Of a DNA stretch of 64,000 bases, positions 38,980 through 47,156 are shown piece by piece. This stretch comes from Acidobacteriota bacterium. GTDB lineage: Bacteria > Acidobacteriota > Terriglobia > Bryobacterales > Bryobacteraceae. The position numbers were made by a program, and so were the translations under genes. The stretch covers positions 1,663 to 65,662 of the forward strand of contig VFZO01000003.1 of NCBI GenBank assembly GCA_016871155.1, in the 5' to 3' direction. Below the pieces are notes generated by a model. It searched no databases. It saw nothing but the letters and a program-made list of their open reading frames with translations, and was not told the origin of the DNA. The number at the start of each line of letters is the position of its first letter. The first letter of the stretch is position 1.

Positions 38980-40574
38980 AGGCTCTCTTGCTACTGGCCG
39001 CGCTGCCACTCTGCGCGCAAGTTTCAAACGATCGACTGCTAAAGGCGCTGGGCGAGCCCGGCAACTGGCTGATGTATTCGGGCAACTACATGTCCTGGCG
39101 CTACAGCGGCCTGAACCAAATAACGACGGAAAACGTGAAAGGCCTGAAGGTCAAGTGGCTCTATCAGGCTCGCACCACCGAGAAGTTCGAGTCCACACCC
39201 CTGGTCGTCGACGGCGTCATGTACCTCACGCGGCCCGAAAACGAGGTCGTCGCGCTCGACGCCGCGACTGGCCGAGTCTACTGGACCTACGTGCATCGCA
39301 ATCCGGAGCGAACGTTCAACTGCTGCGGCAAAGTGAATCGCGGCGTGGCCATCGCCGGGAACCGGCTTTTCATGAACACGCTGGACATGCACATCATAGC
39401 CATCGATGCGAAAGGCGGGCGCGAATTGTGGAAGACCAAGATGTACGACCACGAAGCCGCGGGCGGTTATGCCGCCCCGGGTGCGCCGCTCGTCGTGAAG
39501 GACAAAGTGATCGTGGGCATGGCCGGCGGTGAGCGGGGTGTTTCGGGCTTTCTCGATGCCTACGACGTGGAGACCGGAAAGCGCGCCTGGCGATTTCATA
39601 CGATCCCTCAACCCGGTGAGGCGAACTTCGGCACTTGGGCCGGCGACTCGTGGAAAACCGGCGGCGCCTCCACTTGGAACTCCGGCGCCTACGATCCCGA
39701 CCTGAACCTCGTCTACTGGGGTACGTCGAATCCCTGGCCGGACTACAACGGCGATTTCCGGAAGGGCGACAATCTCTACTCCTGCTCCGTGATCGCGCTG
39801 GACGCGGAGACCGGCAAACTGCGCTGGTTCTACCAGTTCACGCCGCACGATTTACACGATTGGGACGCCACGCAGGTTCCCGTGCTGTTCAACGGCGACT
39901 ATCAAGGCAAACCTCGCAAGCTCATGGCCTGGCCGAACCGGAACGGCTTTTACTATCTGCTCGATCGAGCCACGGGCGAGTTCCTCCTCGCAAAATCGTT
40001 TGTGCGTCAAACCTGGGTTCGCGGTTTCGACGCGAAAGGCCGGCCGGACGTCATCCCCGGCAACGAGCCAACGCCTGAAGGCAACACCACCACCTTCCCC
40101 GGTGTCGACGGCGCGGCGAACTGGATGTCCCACAGCTACAGCCCCATTACCAAACTGCTCTACACATTCGCTCGCGATGAGCGCCGCGTCTTCACGAAGG
40201 ATCAGCCGCCGCATCCAACCACCGCGCCAGACGCGGCCAACACCGGCCGCTCCTTCCGGCGGCGTCCGCGCTTCGCTCCAGAGGAGAGTTGGGGCCAGGT
40301 AATGGCTTTGGACCCGCTTACTGGCGAAGCCAGATGGACCCATAAAGTCGTCTCGCCTCCCTGGAGTGGTGTGATGTCCACGGCGGGCGGCCTCGTCTTT
40401 ACCGCAACGCTCGAGGGCGTTGTCATGGCCCTCGACGCGAAATCCGGAGAGCGCCTCTGGCACTTCCTGGGCAATGATCGCGTGTACTCCTCGCCAATCA
40501 GCTTCTTTGCCGGTGGCAAGCAATTGGTCTCCGTTCCGGTGGGCGACGTGTTGATTACCTTCGGGCTCGACTGA
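38976..40574 (+). CDS. PQQ-dependent dehydrogenase, methanol/ethanol family (8-bladed propeller)
   Basis: Signal peptide MKALLLLAALPLCAQ. Has NWLMYSGNYMSWRYSGLNQIT..NV..LKVKW, the vicinal Cys pair in TFNCCGKVNRGVA, and repeated W-containing blades. ATGA overlap with the upstream cytochrome gene. Confidence 0.9.
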   Translation: MKALLLLAALPLCAQVSNDRLLKALGEPGNWLMYSGNYMSWRYSGLNQITTENVKGLKVKWLYQARTTEKFESTPLVVDGVMYLTRPENEVVALDAATGRVYWTYVHRNPERTFNCCGKVNRGVAIAGNRLFMNTLDMHIIAIDAKGGRELWKTKMYDHEAAGGYAAPGAPLVVKDKVIVGMAGGERGVSGFLDAYDVETGKRAWRFHTIPQPGEANFGTWAGDSWKTGGASTWNSGAYDPDLNLVYWGTSNPWPDYNGDFRKGDNLYSCSVIALDAETGKLRWFYQFTPHDLHDWDATQVPVLFNGDYQGKPRKLMAWPNRNGFYYLLDRATGEFLLAKSFVRQTWVRGFDAKGRPDVIPGNEPTPEGNTTTFPGVDGAANWMSHSYSPITKLLYTFARDERRVFTKDQPPHPTTAPDAANTGRSFRRRPRFAPEESWGQVMALDPLTGEARWTHKVVSPPWSGVMSTAGGLVFTATLEGVVMALDAKSGERLWHFLGNDRVYSSPISFFAGGKQLVSVPVGDVLITFGLD

Positions 40575-41560
40575 TGCGCTGGGCGATTTGGGCTGCGTCA
40601 ATCGCCTTCGCGCAGGACGGTGCAACGCTTTTTCAAGAGCACTGCGCCCGCTGCCATTCCATCGCTGGCCGGGGCGGCGCCGTGGGCCCGGATCTTGCCT
40701 GGATCGCCCTGGCGCGCACACCCGCACAGTTGCGCAAAGCGCTGCTGGAACCTTCGGCGGAGATTTTCGACGACTTCGCAACCGCAACTGCCGGTGGCGT
40801 CACCGGTGTAATTTTGAACGAGGACGATCTGTCAATCCAGTTGCGGCTGGCCGATGGTTCCATGCGCACGTTTCCGCGCGCATCCGCCCGGCGCACGGGC
40901 GCGTCCCTTATGCCTCCGTTTCGCTCGCTGCCGGCTCCTCACTTGGAGGCCCTGATTCAATACCTCCACACTCTGCGGGGCCAGCCAGTCGAGGCGCGGC
41001 CCAGGCAGCGCACCATTGCAAGGCTCGCCGAGTCGACAGCTTGGATGACACGGCCAAGCCGCGAGGAAGAGGAACGCCCGGAGCAGGTCCTGGACGCGCT
41101 CGCGCTGCGTCGAGACGACACCGTGGCCGATGTAGGCGCCGGCGGTGGCTTTTTCACCGGACGTATCGGACGGCGTGTGCACAAGGTAATCGCGCTAGAC
41201 GTGCAGGCTTCGGCGCTCGAGGCCAATCGCAAACAGATGCCTCCGGGCGTCAATGCGGAGTTTCGCCTCGGCTCCGATCTCGATCCCGCTTCGGTCGACG
41301 CCCTGTTGGTCGCCAACTCCTACCATGAGTTCGCGGAACCGGAAAAGATGCTGGCGATGCTGCGCGCCTCCCTGAAGCCCGGTGGCAGAATGCTGGTAAT
41401 CGAATACCAGAAGGAGAAGCCGGGCCTGCCCATTAACGAGACGCACAGGATGAGTCTGGAGGAGTTGCGAACCGAAATTGAGCCCGCCGGTTTCCGCCTG
41501 GAGCGAATTCTAGATTTTCTCCCGATGCAACACGGTCTCCTCTTTACGGTCGCCAAATAA
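40574..41560 (+). CDS. fusion protein: signal peptide + c-type cytochrome domain + class I SAM-dependent methyltransferase domain
   Basis: N-terminus MRWAIWAASIAFAQDG then LFQEHCARCHSIAGRGGAVGPDL...LLEPSAEI...GVILNEDDLSIQLRLADGSM...SLMPPF...LEALIQYL (same haem domain as gene 38305). The C-terminus has VADVGAGGGFFTG (motif I) ...LVANSYHEF...LKPGGRMLVIEY. The start ATG shares one nt with the upstream TGA. Confidence 0.8.
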   Translation: MRWAIWAASIAFAQDGATLFQEHCARCHSIAGRGGAVGPDLAWIALARTPAQLRKALLEPSAEIFDDFATATAGGVTGVILNEDDLSIQLRLADGSMRTFPRASARRTGASLMPPFRSLPAPHLEALIQYLHTLRGQPVEARPRQRTIARLAESTAWMTRPSREEEERPEQVLDALALRRDDTVADVGAGGGFFTGRIGRRVHKVIALDVQASALEANRKQMPPGVNAEFRLGSDLDPASVDALLVANSYHEFAEPEKMLAMLRASLKPGGRMLVIEYQKEKPGLPINETHRMSLEELRTEIEPAGFRLERILDFLPMQHGLLFTVAK

Positions 41561-41963
41561 GCGGCTTCCATTCATCGGCCCCGCCGAATTCGATCGCCTT
41601 TCCGATAGGCCGCGCCTCGCGCCGCAACAACACCGAATTGCGTTGGTCGGGAAATTCCTTGCGGAGAATTTGATTGCGTGCCGCCGCCGGGGGCGCGGGC
41701 GCGTCGCCCTCCAAAAACACGTCCAGGTAATGGACGCTCGACTTGGCGCCCACGCAGCGCAGCGGCGTATTCTTAATTGCGAAATTCGCCAACACGTAGG
41801 CGCAGGCGGCCTTCTCCGACTCCGCCGGAAACGGCAACTCCCCGGCATGCAAAGTCACAACGATCTCCAGACGCGGCGGATGATAGTCGATCTCCGTCCG
41901 GCTGAAATGAAACTTGTGCGCCGCCAGCTGCGCGATCGCCAGCAGAATTGCGCCAATTCTCAC
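41544..41963 (-). CDS. hypothetical secreted protein translationally coupled to the M1 peptidase (possibly DUF6702-like)
   Basis: GTG 41963 overlaps the peptidase TGA (GTGA). The product VRIGAILLAIAQLAAHKFHFSRTEIDYHPPRLEIVVTLHAGEL... has a signal peptide followed by an HKF-x-x-S-x-T-x-I-x-Y pattern that I recall from small proteins next to M1 peptidases. Track ORF 41544..42194 over-extends. Confidence 0.55.
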   Translation of the reverse strand: MRIGAILLAIAQLAAHKFHFSRTEIDYHPPRLEIVVTLHAGELPFPAESEKAACAYVLANFAIKNTPLRCVGAKSSVHYLDVFLEGDAPAPPAAARNQILRKEFPDQRNSVLLRREARPIGKAIEFGGADEWKPLIWRP

Positions 41964-44272
41964 GGACGTCCGCCCGAGGGCGGCGTCTGTTTCTCTTTCT
42001 GCAGCTCCTGCATGGAATTGTTCTTGTTTCGTTCTTCCTTGAAGATCTGGAACTTCGTCTTCACCGGCTTGCGCGGCCAAGCGTTGTTGACCGGATCGAT
42101 GTCCGCGGTCTCGTTGAGCGGATCCACCTCGATCGACCGGATCTCCTTCCGCGTCGGAATAATCTTTTCGACCTCCAAATTGTTCCGCCGCCAAATCTCC
42201 GCCGGAATGCGAATATCTTCCTTGGTTCCGTCGACGAACTCCACGCGGAGGGGGACTGGCGTCACCAAGCCTCCGGCGTTCTTTAACGTCACGGCGTAGA
42301 AGTTCATCGTGGGATCGAACAGCTTACGCTCGTCGTCCTCGAACTGTTTGACAAACGCGTCGAACGCTTTGCGGTCGGAAGGAAGCACAGTGAATTCGTC
42401 GAACCGGTTATAGAAATCGAGCAATTCCGGAAACTCCTCCACACGCTTCTTCAACGGCTTGTTCCGCTGCTGCGAAAGTGTCACAGGCTCCGCTGCCTTC
42501 TCCCGTTTCGAAATCGGTTTTTCGATCTCCGGGTTGTGGGTGTCCACCGTATAGTGCTTGACGCCCTCCACCGAGACGTCCACGGCTTCGGTCGTGTAGA
42601 ACCAGCCGCGCCAAAACCAATCCAGGTCGGTGCCAGACGCGTCTTCCATCGTGCGGAAGAAGTCGGCAGGCATGGGACGCTTGAAAATAAAGCGCCGCGA
42701 ATACTCCTTAAACGCGAAGTCGAACCGCTCCCGTCCGAGTATCGACTCACGCAGGATATTCAGTGCCGTGGCCGTCTTGTGATATGCGTTGCCGCCAAGG
42801 TTCACGATCGACTCGGAGTTCGTCATGATCGGATCGTGTTCGTCGCTACGCATGTATTCCACTATCTGCGACGGCTCGCCGCGCCGGGAGGGATACTTTT
42901 CCTCCCACTCCTGCTCGGCCAGGTACTGCAAGAACGTATTGATGCCTTCGTCCAACCACGTCCACTGCCGTTCGTCATTATTTACGATCATCGGGAAATA
43001 GTTGTGGCCAACCTCGTGAATAATGACCGAGATCAAGCCATATTTCGTCCGCGCCGGATACGTCTTATCCTCCTGCGGCCGCGGCCCATTGAAACAGATC
43101 ATTGGGTACTCCATCCCGCCGACGGGGCCGTTCACCGAGATCGCGATTGGGTACGGGTACTTAAACGTGTAGCGGGAATACACGTTCAAAGTGTGGATGA
43201 TCGAATGCGTCGAGTACCGCTCCCACAACGGATTGCCTTCCTTCGGATAGTAGGACATCGCCATCACGAAGTTGCCGTCGACATCGTGACCTTGTGCGTC
43301 CCAGATGAATTTGCGCGACGACGCGAAGGCGAAATCTCGAACGTTCTCCGCGTGGAATACCCACGTTTTCTTGCCCGTGGGCTTGTTTTTTTCGTTGGCT
43401 GCCGCCTCGGCTTCGGTAACGATGATCACCGGCTTCTTCGCGGTGCGAGCCTCCTGCAGGCGCTGCCGCTGCGCAGCCGTCAGCACCTCATTCGGGTTCT
43501 GCAACACACCGGTGGAGGCTACAATATGATCGTTCGGCGCGGTAATCCTCACCCTGTAATCGCCAAACTCCAATGTGAACTCACCGGTGCCCAGAAACTG
43601 TTTGTGCTGCCAGCCGTTCACGTCGTTGTAAGCGGCCATCCGCGGAAACCACTGGGCGATCTCGTAGAGCCAGTTGCCATCCTTGGGAAAAAACTCCGCG
43701 CCGGTTCGCCCGGGAATTCGCTTCGAGTTGTTGATCTTGTACTGCCAGTCGAGAGAAAACGTGAAGCGCTTGCCGCTCTCGAGTGGCACAGGAAGATCCA
43801 CTCGCATCATCGTGCGATTGATGTGTCTGTTCAACTCGCGCCCGGCGGCGTCGCGCACCGCGCCAATCCGGTAACCGCCGTCGAACACGTCGTCCATGTA
43901 GCGGCGGAACGTGCCAATCGGGAACTTCTTCCAGTCCGGCGCGGTCTCCGACAGGTAAGTATCCGAATGCGGTTCCCATATGTTCTGGTCCAGTTGTAGC
44001 CACAAGTAAGTTAGCGTGTCGGGCGAGTTGTTGTGATAGGTAATCGAAGCCTTCGCCACGATGCGCTGATTCAGGTCGTCGAGTTCCACGTCAATCGAGT
44101 AATCCGCCCGCTGCTGCCAATACCGGTGCCCAGGTGCGCCGGATGCCGTGCGGTATTCGTTGGGTGTCGGAAGAATTTCCTCAAGCTGTCGAAACTTGTC
44201 CAGCGGGCTTTTCTTGTTCTGAGCAGCCAGTGTGAGGCCAAGAACGATGCCGGTTAGCAACGTTTTCTGCAT
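41960..44272 (-). CDS. M1 family zinc metallopeptidase (gluzincin), secreted
   Basis: Signal peptide MQKTLLTGIVLGLTLAAQ. Has HEVGHNYFPMIVNNDERQWTWLDEGINTF, which is HExxH followed 18 residues later by E. Confidence 0.9.
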   Translation of the reverse strand: MQKTLLTGIVLGLTLAAQNKKSPLDKFRQLEEILPTPNEYRTASGAPGHRYWQQRADYSIDVELDDLNQRIVAKASITYHNNSPDTLTYLWLQLDQNIWEPHSDTYLSETAPDWKKFPIGTFRRYMDDVFDGGYRIGAVRDAAGRELNRHINRTMMRVDLPVPLESGKRFTFSLDWQYKINNSKRIPGRTGAEFFPKDGNWLYEIAQWFPRMAAYNDVNGWQHKQFLGTGEFTLEFGDYRVRITAPNDHIVASTGVLQNPNEVLTAAQRQRLQEARTAKKPVIIVTEAEAAANEKNKPTGKKTWVFHAENVRDFAFASSRKFIWDAQGHDVDGNFVMAMSYYPKEGNPLWERYSTHSIIHTLNVYSRYTFKYPYPIAISVNGPVGGMEYPMICFNGPRPQEDKTYPARTKYGLISVIIHEVGHNYFPMIVNNDERQWTWLDEGINTFLQYLAEQEWEEKYPSRRGEPSQIVEYMRSDEHDPIMTNSESIVNLGGNAYHKTATALNILRESILGRERFDFAFKEYSRRFIFKRPMPADFFRTMEDASGTDLDWFWRGWFYTTEAVDVSVEGVKHYTVDTHNPEIEKPISKREKAAEPVTLSQQRNKPLKKRVEEFPELLDFYNRFDEFTVLPSDRKAFDAFVKQFEDDERKLFDPTMNFYAVTLKNAGGLVTPVPLRVEFVDGTKEDIRIPAEIWRRNNLEVEKIIPTRKEIRSIEVDPLNETADIDPVNNAWPRKPVKTKFQIFKEERNKNNSMQELQKEKQTPPSGGRP

Positions 44273-44319
44273 GATCCAAACTAGCGAATTTCGCGGCGTT
44301 CAGGCAAGCTGGTAGGAGA

Positions 44320-44892
44320 GTGACAGATACAAAGCCCGGCGTCAGCCTGGGAATGTTAGGCATGATTTTGGTGCTGATCGCGATCGGCTCGTTCTTCGCC
44401 GCGCTGGCTGTGGCCTACTGGTTTGCGCTCGCGGACCGGCCGGAGCGGCTGAACGCGCAACTGCCCGTTTGGTTCTGGGCCTCCACCGCGCTCATGGCTC
44501 TCAGTAGCGCCGCATTTCAATGGGCGCGCCGACACTTGCGCTTCGCACGATTGGCCTCTTACCGCCGCTGGCTAGTGATTACCATCCAACTTGGCTTTGG
44601 TTTTCTCGCAACACAACTCATCGGGTGCCAGGATCTCATGGCACAGGGCGTGTATGTCGTCGGCAATCCGCGCGGCTCGGTTTACTTCCTGTTCAGCGGT
44701 GTCCACGCGGCACATCTGATCGGCGGACTTGGCGGCCTTTACTGGCTCTTGCGCCGCGCTGGTCAGCTTCGAGACGGCGAAGAGCAGCCGCTGCGACGCC
44801 ATCGCGCCGCCGCGCGAAACACGGCTGCGTACTGGCACTTCATGGGCCTTATCTGGGCCGGACTCTTCGCCCTTCTCATCATCTGGCGATAA
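44320..44892 (+). CDS. haem-copper oxidase subunit III family protein (orphan)
   Basis: Five hydrophobic helices. FSGVHAAHLIGGLGGLYWLL and YWHFMGLIWAGLFALLIIW resemble the conserved C-terminal helices of CoxIII/CyoC-type subunits. No subunit I or II gene lies nearby. Confidence 0.65.
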   Translation: MTDTKPGVSLGMLGMILVLIAIGSFFAALAVAYWFALADRPERLNAQLPVWFWASTALMALSSAAFQWARRHLRFARLASYRRWLVITIQLGFGFLATQLIGCQDLMAQGVYVVGNPRGSVYFLFSGVHAAHLIGGLGGLYWLLRRAGQLRDGEEQPLRRHRAAARNTAAYWHFMGLIWAGLFALLIIWR

Positions 44893-45622
44893 GCCGCAGC
44901 ACGGCCAGCAACGGACGGTGATCGGAGGCTACCGCCTCTTCCAGCACCCTCGCCTCGACCACTTCCCAGCCCTTTTTGGGGCGGAACAATATGAAGTCGA
45001 TCTGTTTTTTTGGCGTGTCCACCGGAACTGTCGGTGACTCTGCCGCCGTGCTGGTGCCCCACTTCTCGCTTAGCACACTCAACACCGGATCGTCAGGCGG
45101 CGCGTTCAAATCCCCCGCCAGAATCGCGGGCAGGCCAATGGGCAGATTCGCCAGCTCCGCCCCAGCCATACGATCCTGTTCGGAACGGTGGTCGAAGTGT
45201 GCCGCCAGAAACGCGATGTCCGCCGCGCAACGGTAGGGCCTGGTCTCGACCATCAGAATCGATCTTGGCTCCATGTTTGGCGAGTATTCGATGGGGAACA
45301 CGCGAGAGCCCAGGACTTGCCCATTCACCAGAATCGCGTTTCCGTAGGCGCCGCCTCCGTAGCTCATCGAACTGCCGAACACGCCGCGCATTCCCGTCAG
45401 CCGCTCCAACTCACGAACCGTGTCCCTGCCGCCGACGCGTTCGGTCCGGACATCGACCTCCTGCAGCGAGACGATGTCCGGCTTCGCTTCACGAATCACG
45501 CGTCCGATTCGCGCGAAGTCCAACTTTCCGTCCACGCCTTTGCCATGATGAATGTTGTAGGTCAGCACCCGAATTTCGCACGACAGCATGGGGAGCGCGG
45601 CAATCGCGAAAAGCCGTTTCAT
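44879..45622 (-). CDS. endonuclease/exonuclease/phosphatase (EEP) family protein, secreted
   Basis: Has VLTYNIHHGKGVDG, PDIVSLQEVD, the terminal SDHRPLLAVL motif, and an N-terminal signal MKRLFAIAALPMLS. Confidence 0.85.
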   Translation of the reverse strand: MKRLFAIAALPMLSCEIRVLTYNIHHGKGVDGKLDFARIGRVIREAKPDIVSLQEVDVRTERVGGRDTVRELERLTGMRGVFGSSMSYGGGAYGNAILVNGQVLGSRVFPIEYSPNMEPRSILMVETRPYRCAADIAFLAAHFDHRSEQDRMAGAELANLPIGLPAILAGDLNAPPDDPVLSVLSEKWGTSTAAESPTVPVDTPKKQIDFILFRPKKGWEVVEARVLEEAVASDHRPLLAVLRLIAR

Positions 45623-46269
45623 GGAAGCATTTCCTTTAGGTTCTCCCCAGCGGTGCGGGTTCTCTCGTGATTGGGTCCCAGCGATTTCTGAAAGATCGAC
45701 AACGCCCTCCGTTGCAGTGGCACGGCGGCCCAGACGCGCTCCGTCTCAGCGAGCAGCATGGCCAAGTTGTTCAACGTCGTCGCTGTCTCGGGATGGTGCG
45801 GCCCAAACTTTTTCTCGGATTCCGCCAGTGCCGTGCGATACTCCTGCTCGGCCTCTTTCACGCGGCGAAGCGCTTGCAGCGCCTGCGCGTAGTCGTTGCG
45901 CCGTGCCGGCCCCGGCTCTTCGGACAGCGCAGCCTTGTAATGCTCCAGCGCCCGTGCCATGTCGCCCCTGCGCTCGGCGTAGTGAGCCAGCCGAGTCAGG
46001 CAGCGGGCCAGTTCCACGCAGGCGCCGAACAGACTTTCAGCCTCTTCGTGCCGTCCCTGCGCCGCCACGGCTTCGGCGAGGAACAACGGCTCCGCACCGG
46101 CGGCCCGCAGCCAACGCTCGGCCTCCACTGGACGTCCGTTTCGCAGCCAATACAGTCCGAGGTCGCGCTTTGCCATTCTGGAATCCGGTTGCCGCGCGAT
46201 GCGCTCTTCGTGAAGCCTTCCCACAACGGCGGGGTCGAAAAGCTGAAACGCTACCAGAAGCCCTATCAC
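45619..46269 (-). CDS. TPR repeat protein
   Basis: TPR_10/12-like repeats (ALEHYKAAL, EQEYRTALAESEKKFGPHHPETATTLNNLAMLL, RRALSIFQKSLGPNHERT). The GTG start overlaps the ccp stop, and its own stop overlaps the EEP start. Confidence 0.7.
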   Translation of the reverse strand: MIGLLVAFQLFDPAVVGRLHEERIARQPDSRMAKRDLGLYWLRNGRPVEAERWLRAAGAEPLFLAEAVAAQGRHEEAESLFGACVELARCLTRLAHYAERRGDMARALEHYKAALSEEPGPARRNDYAQALQALRRVKEAEQEYRTALAESEKKFGPHHPETATTLNNLAMLLAETERVWAAVPLQRRALSIFQKSLGPNHERTRTAGENLKEMLP

Positions 46270-47153
46270 TCGAGGCCCTCGCGAATCTCCCCCGTCAGCG
46301 CCTCCAGAAACCGCACCAGCGCCGCCTTCTCATCCGCCGTCAGCCGCAGCGGGCGCATCTCCGGATCCAGATTCTTCCGCGCCCGGCCGCCAGCGTTATA
46401 ATGTTCGACGACCGCTTCCAGAGTCGATGCGCTGCCGTCGTGAAAATAAGGCGCGGCCTTTGCGATGTGCCGGAGCGACGGCGTCTTGAACGCGCCGGTG
46501 TCCCGCTGGTCCAACGAAACCAACGCGCGGCCCGCGTCGTCGTCGACGCGTCCCGCGCCTGTTACGTGGAATGCCTCGTCGGTGAGGTTCGGCCCCAGAT
46601 GACAGGAAATGCAGCCGGCCTTGCCGCGGAACAATTGCAGTCCTTTTTGTTGTTGCGCATCCAAGGCCGACCGTTCACCGTTTAAGTAGCGATCGTACGG
46701 CGAGTTCCCCGCCAGAATCGTCCGGACGTAGGTCGCCAGCGCTCGCCGCAACGTGAGTTCGTCCAGCCCGACTTTTGCCGCGGCCTCCGCAACCGGCAGG
46801 TCCATCTCCAGCGGATTGGAGATTGGCTGGGCGACCTGCTGCTCCAATGCCGTCACGCGCCCATCCCAGAAAAACGATTGGCCCCACGCCCTGTTCAACA
46901 ACCTCGGCGATCGCCGGGGCCCCACCTGCCCGCGAATCCCTTTCGCCTTTATCTCGCGGTCCGTAAAAGCGTAGGCCGCGTCGTGGCACGTGGCGCACGC
47001 GATCGTGTTGTCCCGTGATAGCCGCTTGTCGCGAAACAGCCGCCGGCCTAACTCAGCGGATTCCTTCGTGATCGGATTCTCCGGCGGCGCAGGCACGTAG
47101 GAGTCCAGGCCAAGGGGAACGCGAATCGCGAAGCTGAGCACCCATGGAAGCAT
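46266..47153 (-). CDS. dihaem cytochrome c peroxidase (CCP/MauG family)
   Basis: CATCHDAAYAFTD and GCISCHLGPNLTDEAFH, with conserved ...FKTPSLR...APYFHDGS.... Confidence 0.9.
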   Translation of the reverse strand: MLPWVLSFAIRVPLGLDSYVPAPPENPITKESAELGRRLFRDKRLSRDNTIACATCHDAAYAFTDREIKAKGIRGQVGPRRSPRLLNRAWGQSFFWDGRVTALEQQVAQPISNPLEMDLPVAEAAAKVGLDELTLRRALATYVRTILAGNSPYDRYLNGERSALDAQQQKGLQLFRGKAGCISCHLGPNLTDEAFHVTGAGRVDDDAGRALVSLDQRDTGAFKTPSLRHIAKAAPYFHDGSASTLEAVVEHYNAGGRARKNLDPEMRPLRLTADEKAALVRFLEALTGEIREGLE

Positions 47154-47156
47154 GCG

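Noticed and set aside
41643-42299. 218-aa plus-strand ORF and the 112-aa minus ORF 41510..41848
   Set aside because: They overlap the small secreted-protein gene and the M1 peptidase end. They have no motifs, and the GTGA-coupled 41544..41963 frame gives a signal peptide and a coherent sequence.
42536-43999. 487-aa plus-strand ORF
   Set aside because: It is antisense to the M1 metallopeptidase, which carries the HEVGH...E zinc site. It is a shadow frame.
45588-46685. 365-aa plus-strand ORF (and 45667..46401, 244 aa)
   Set aside because: They are antisense to the TPR and cytochrome c peroxidase genes. The composition is extremely Arg/Pro/Ala-rich.
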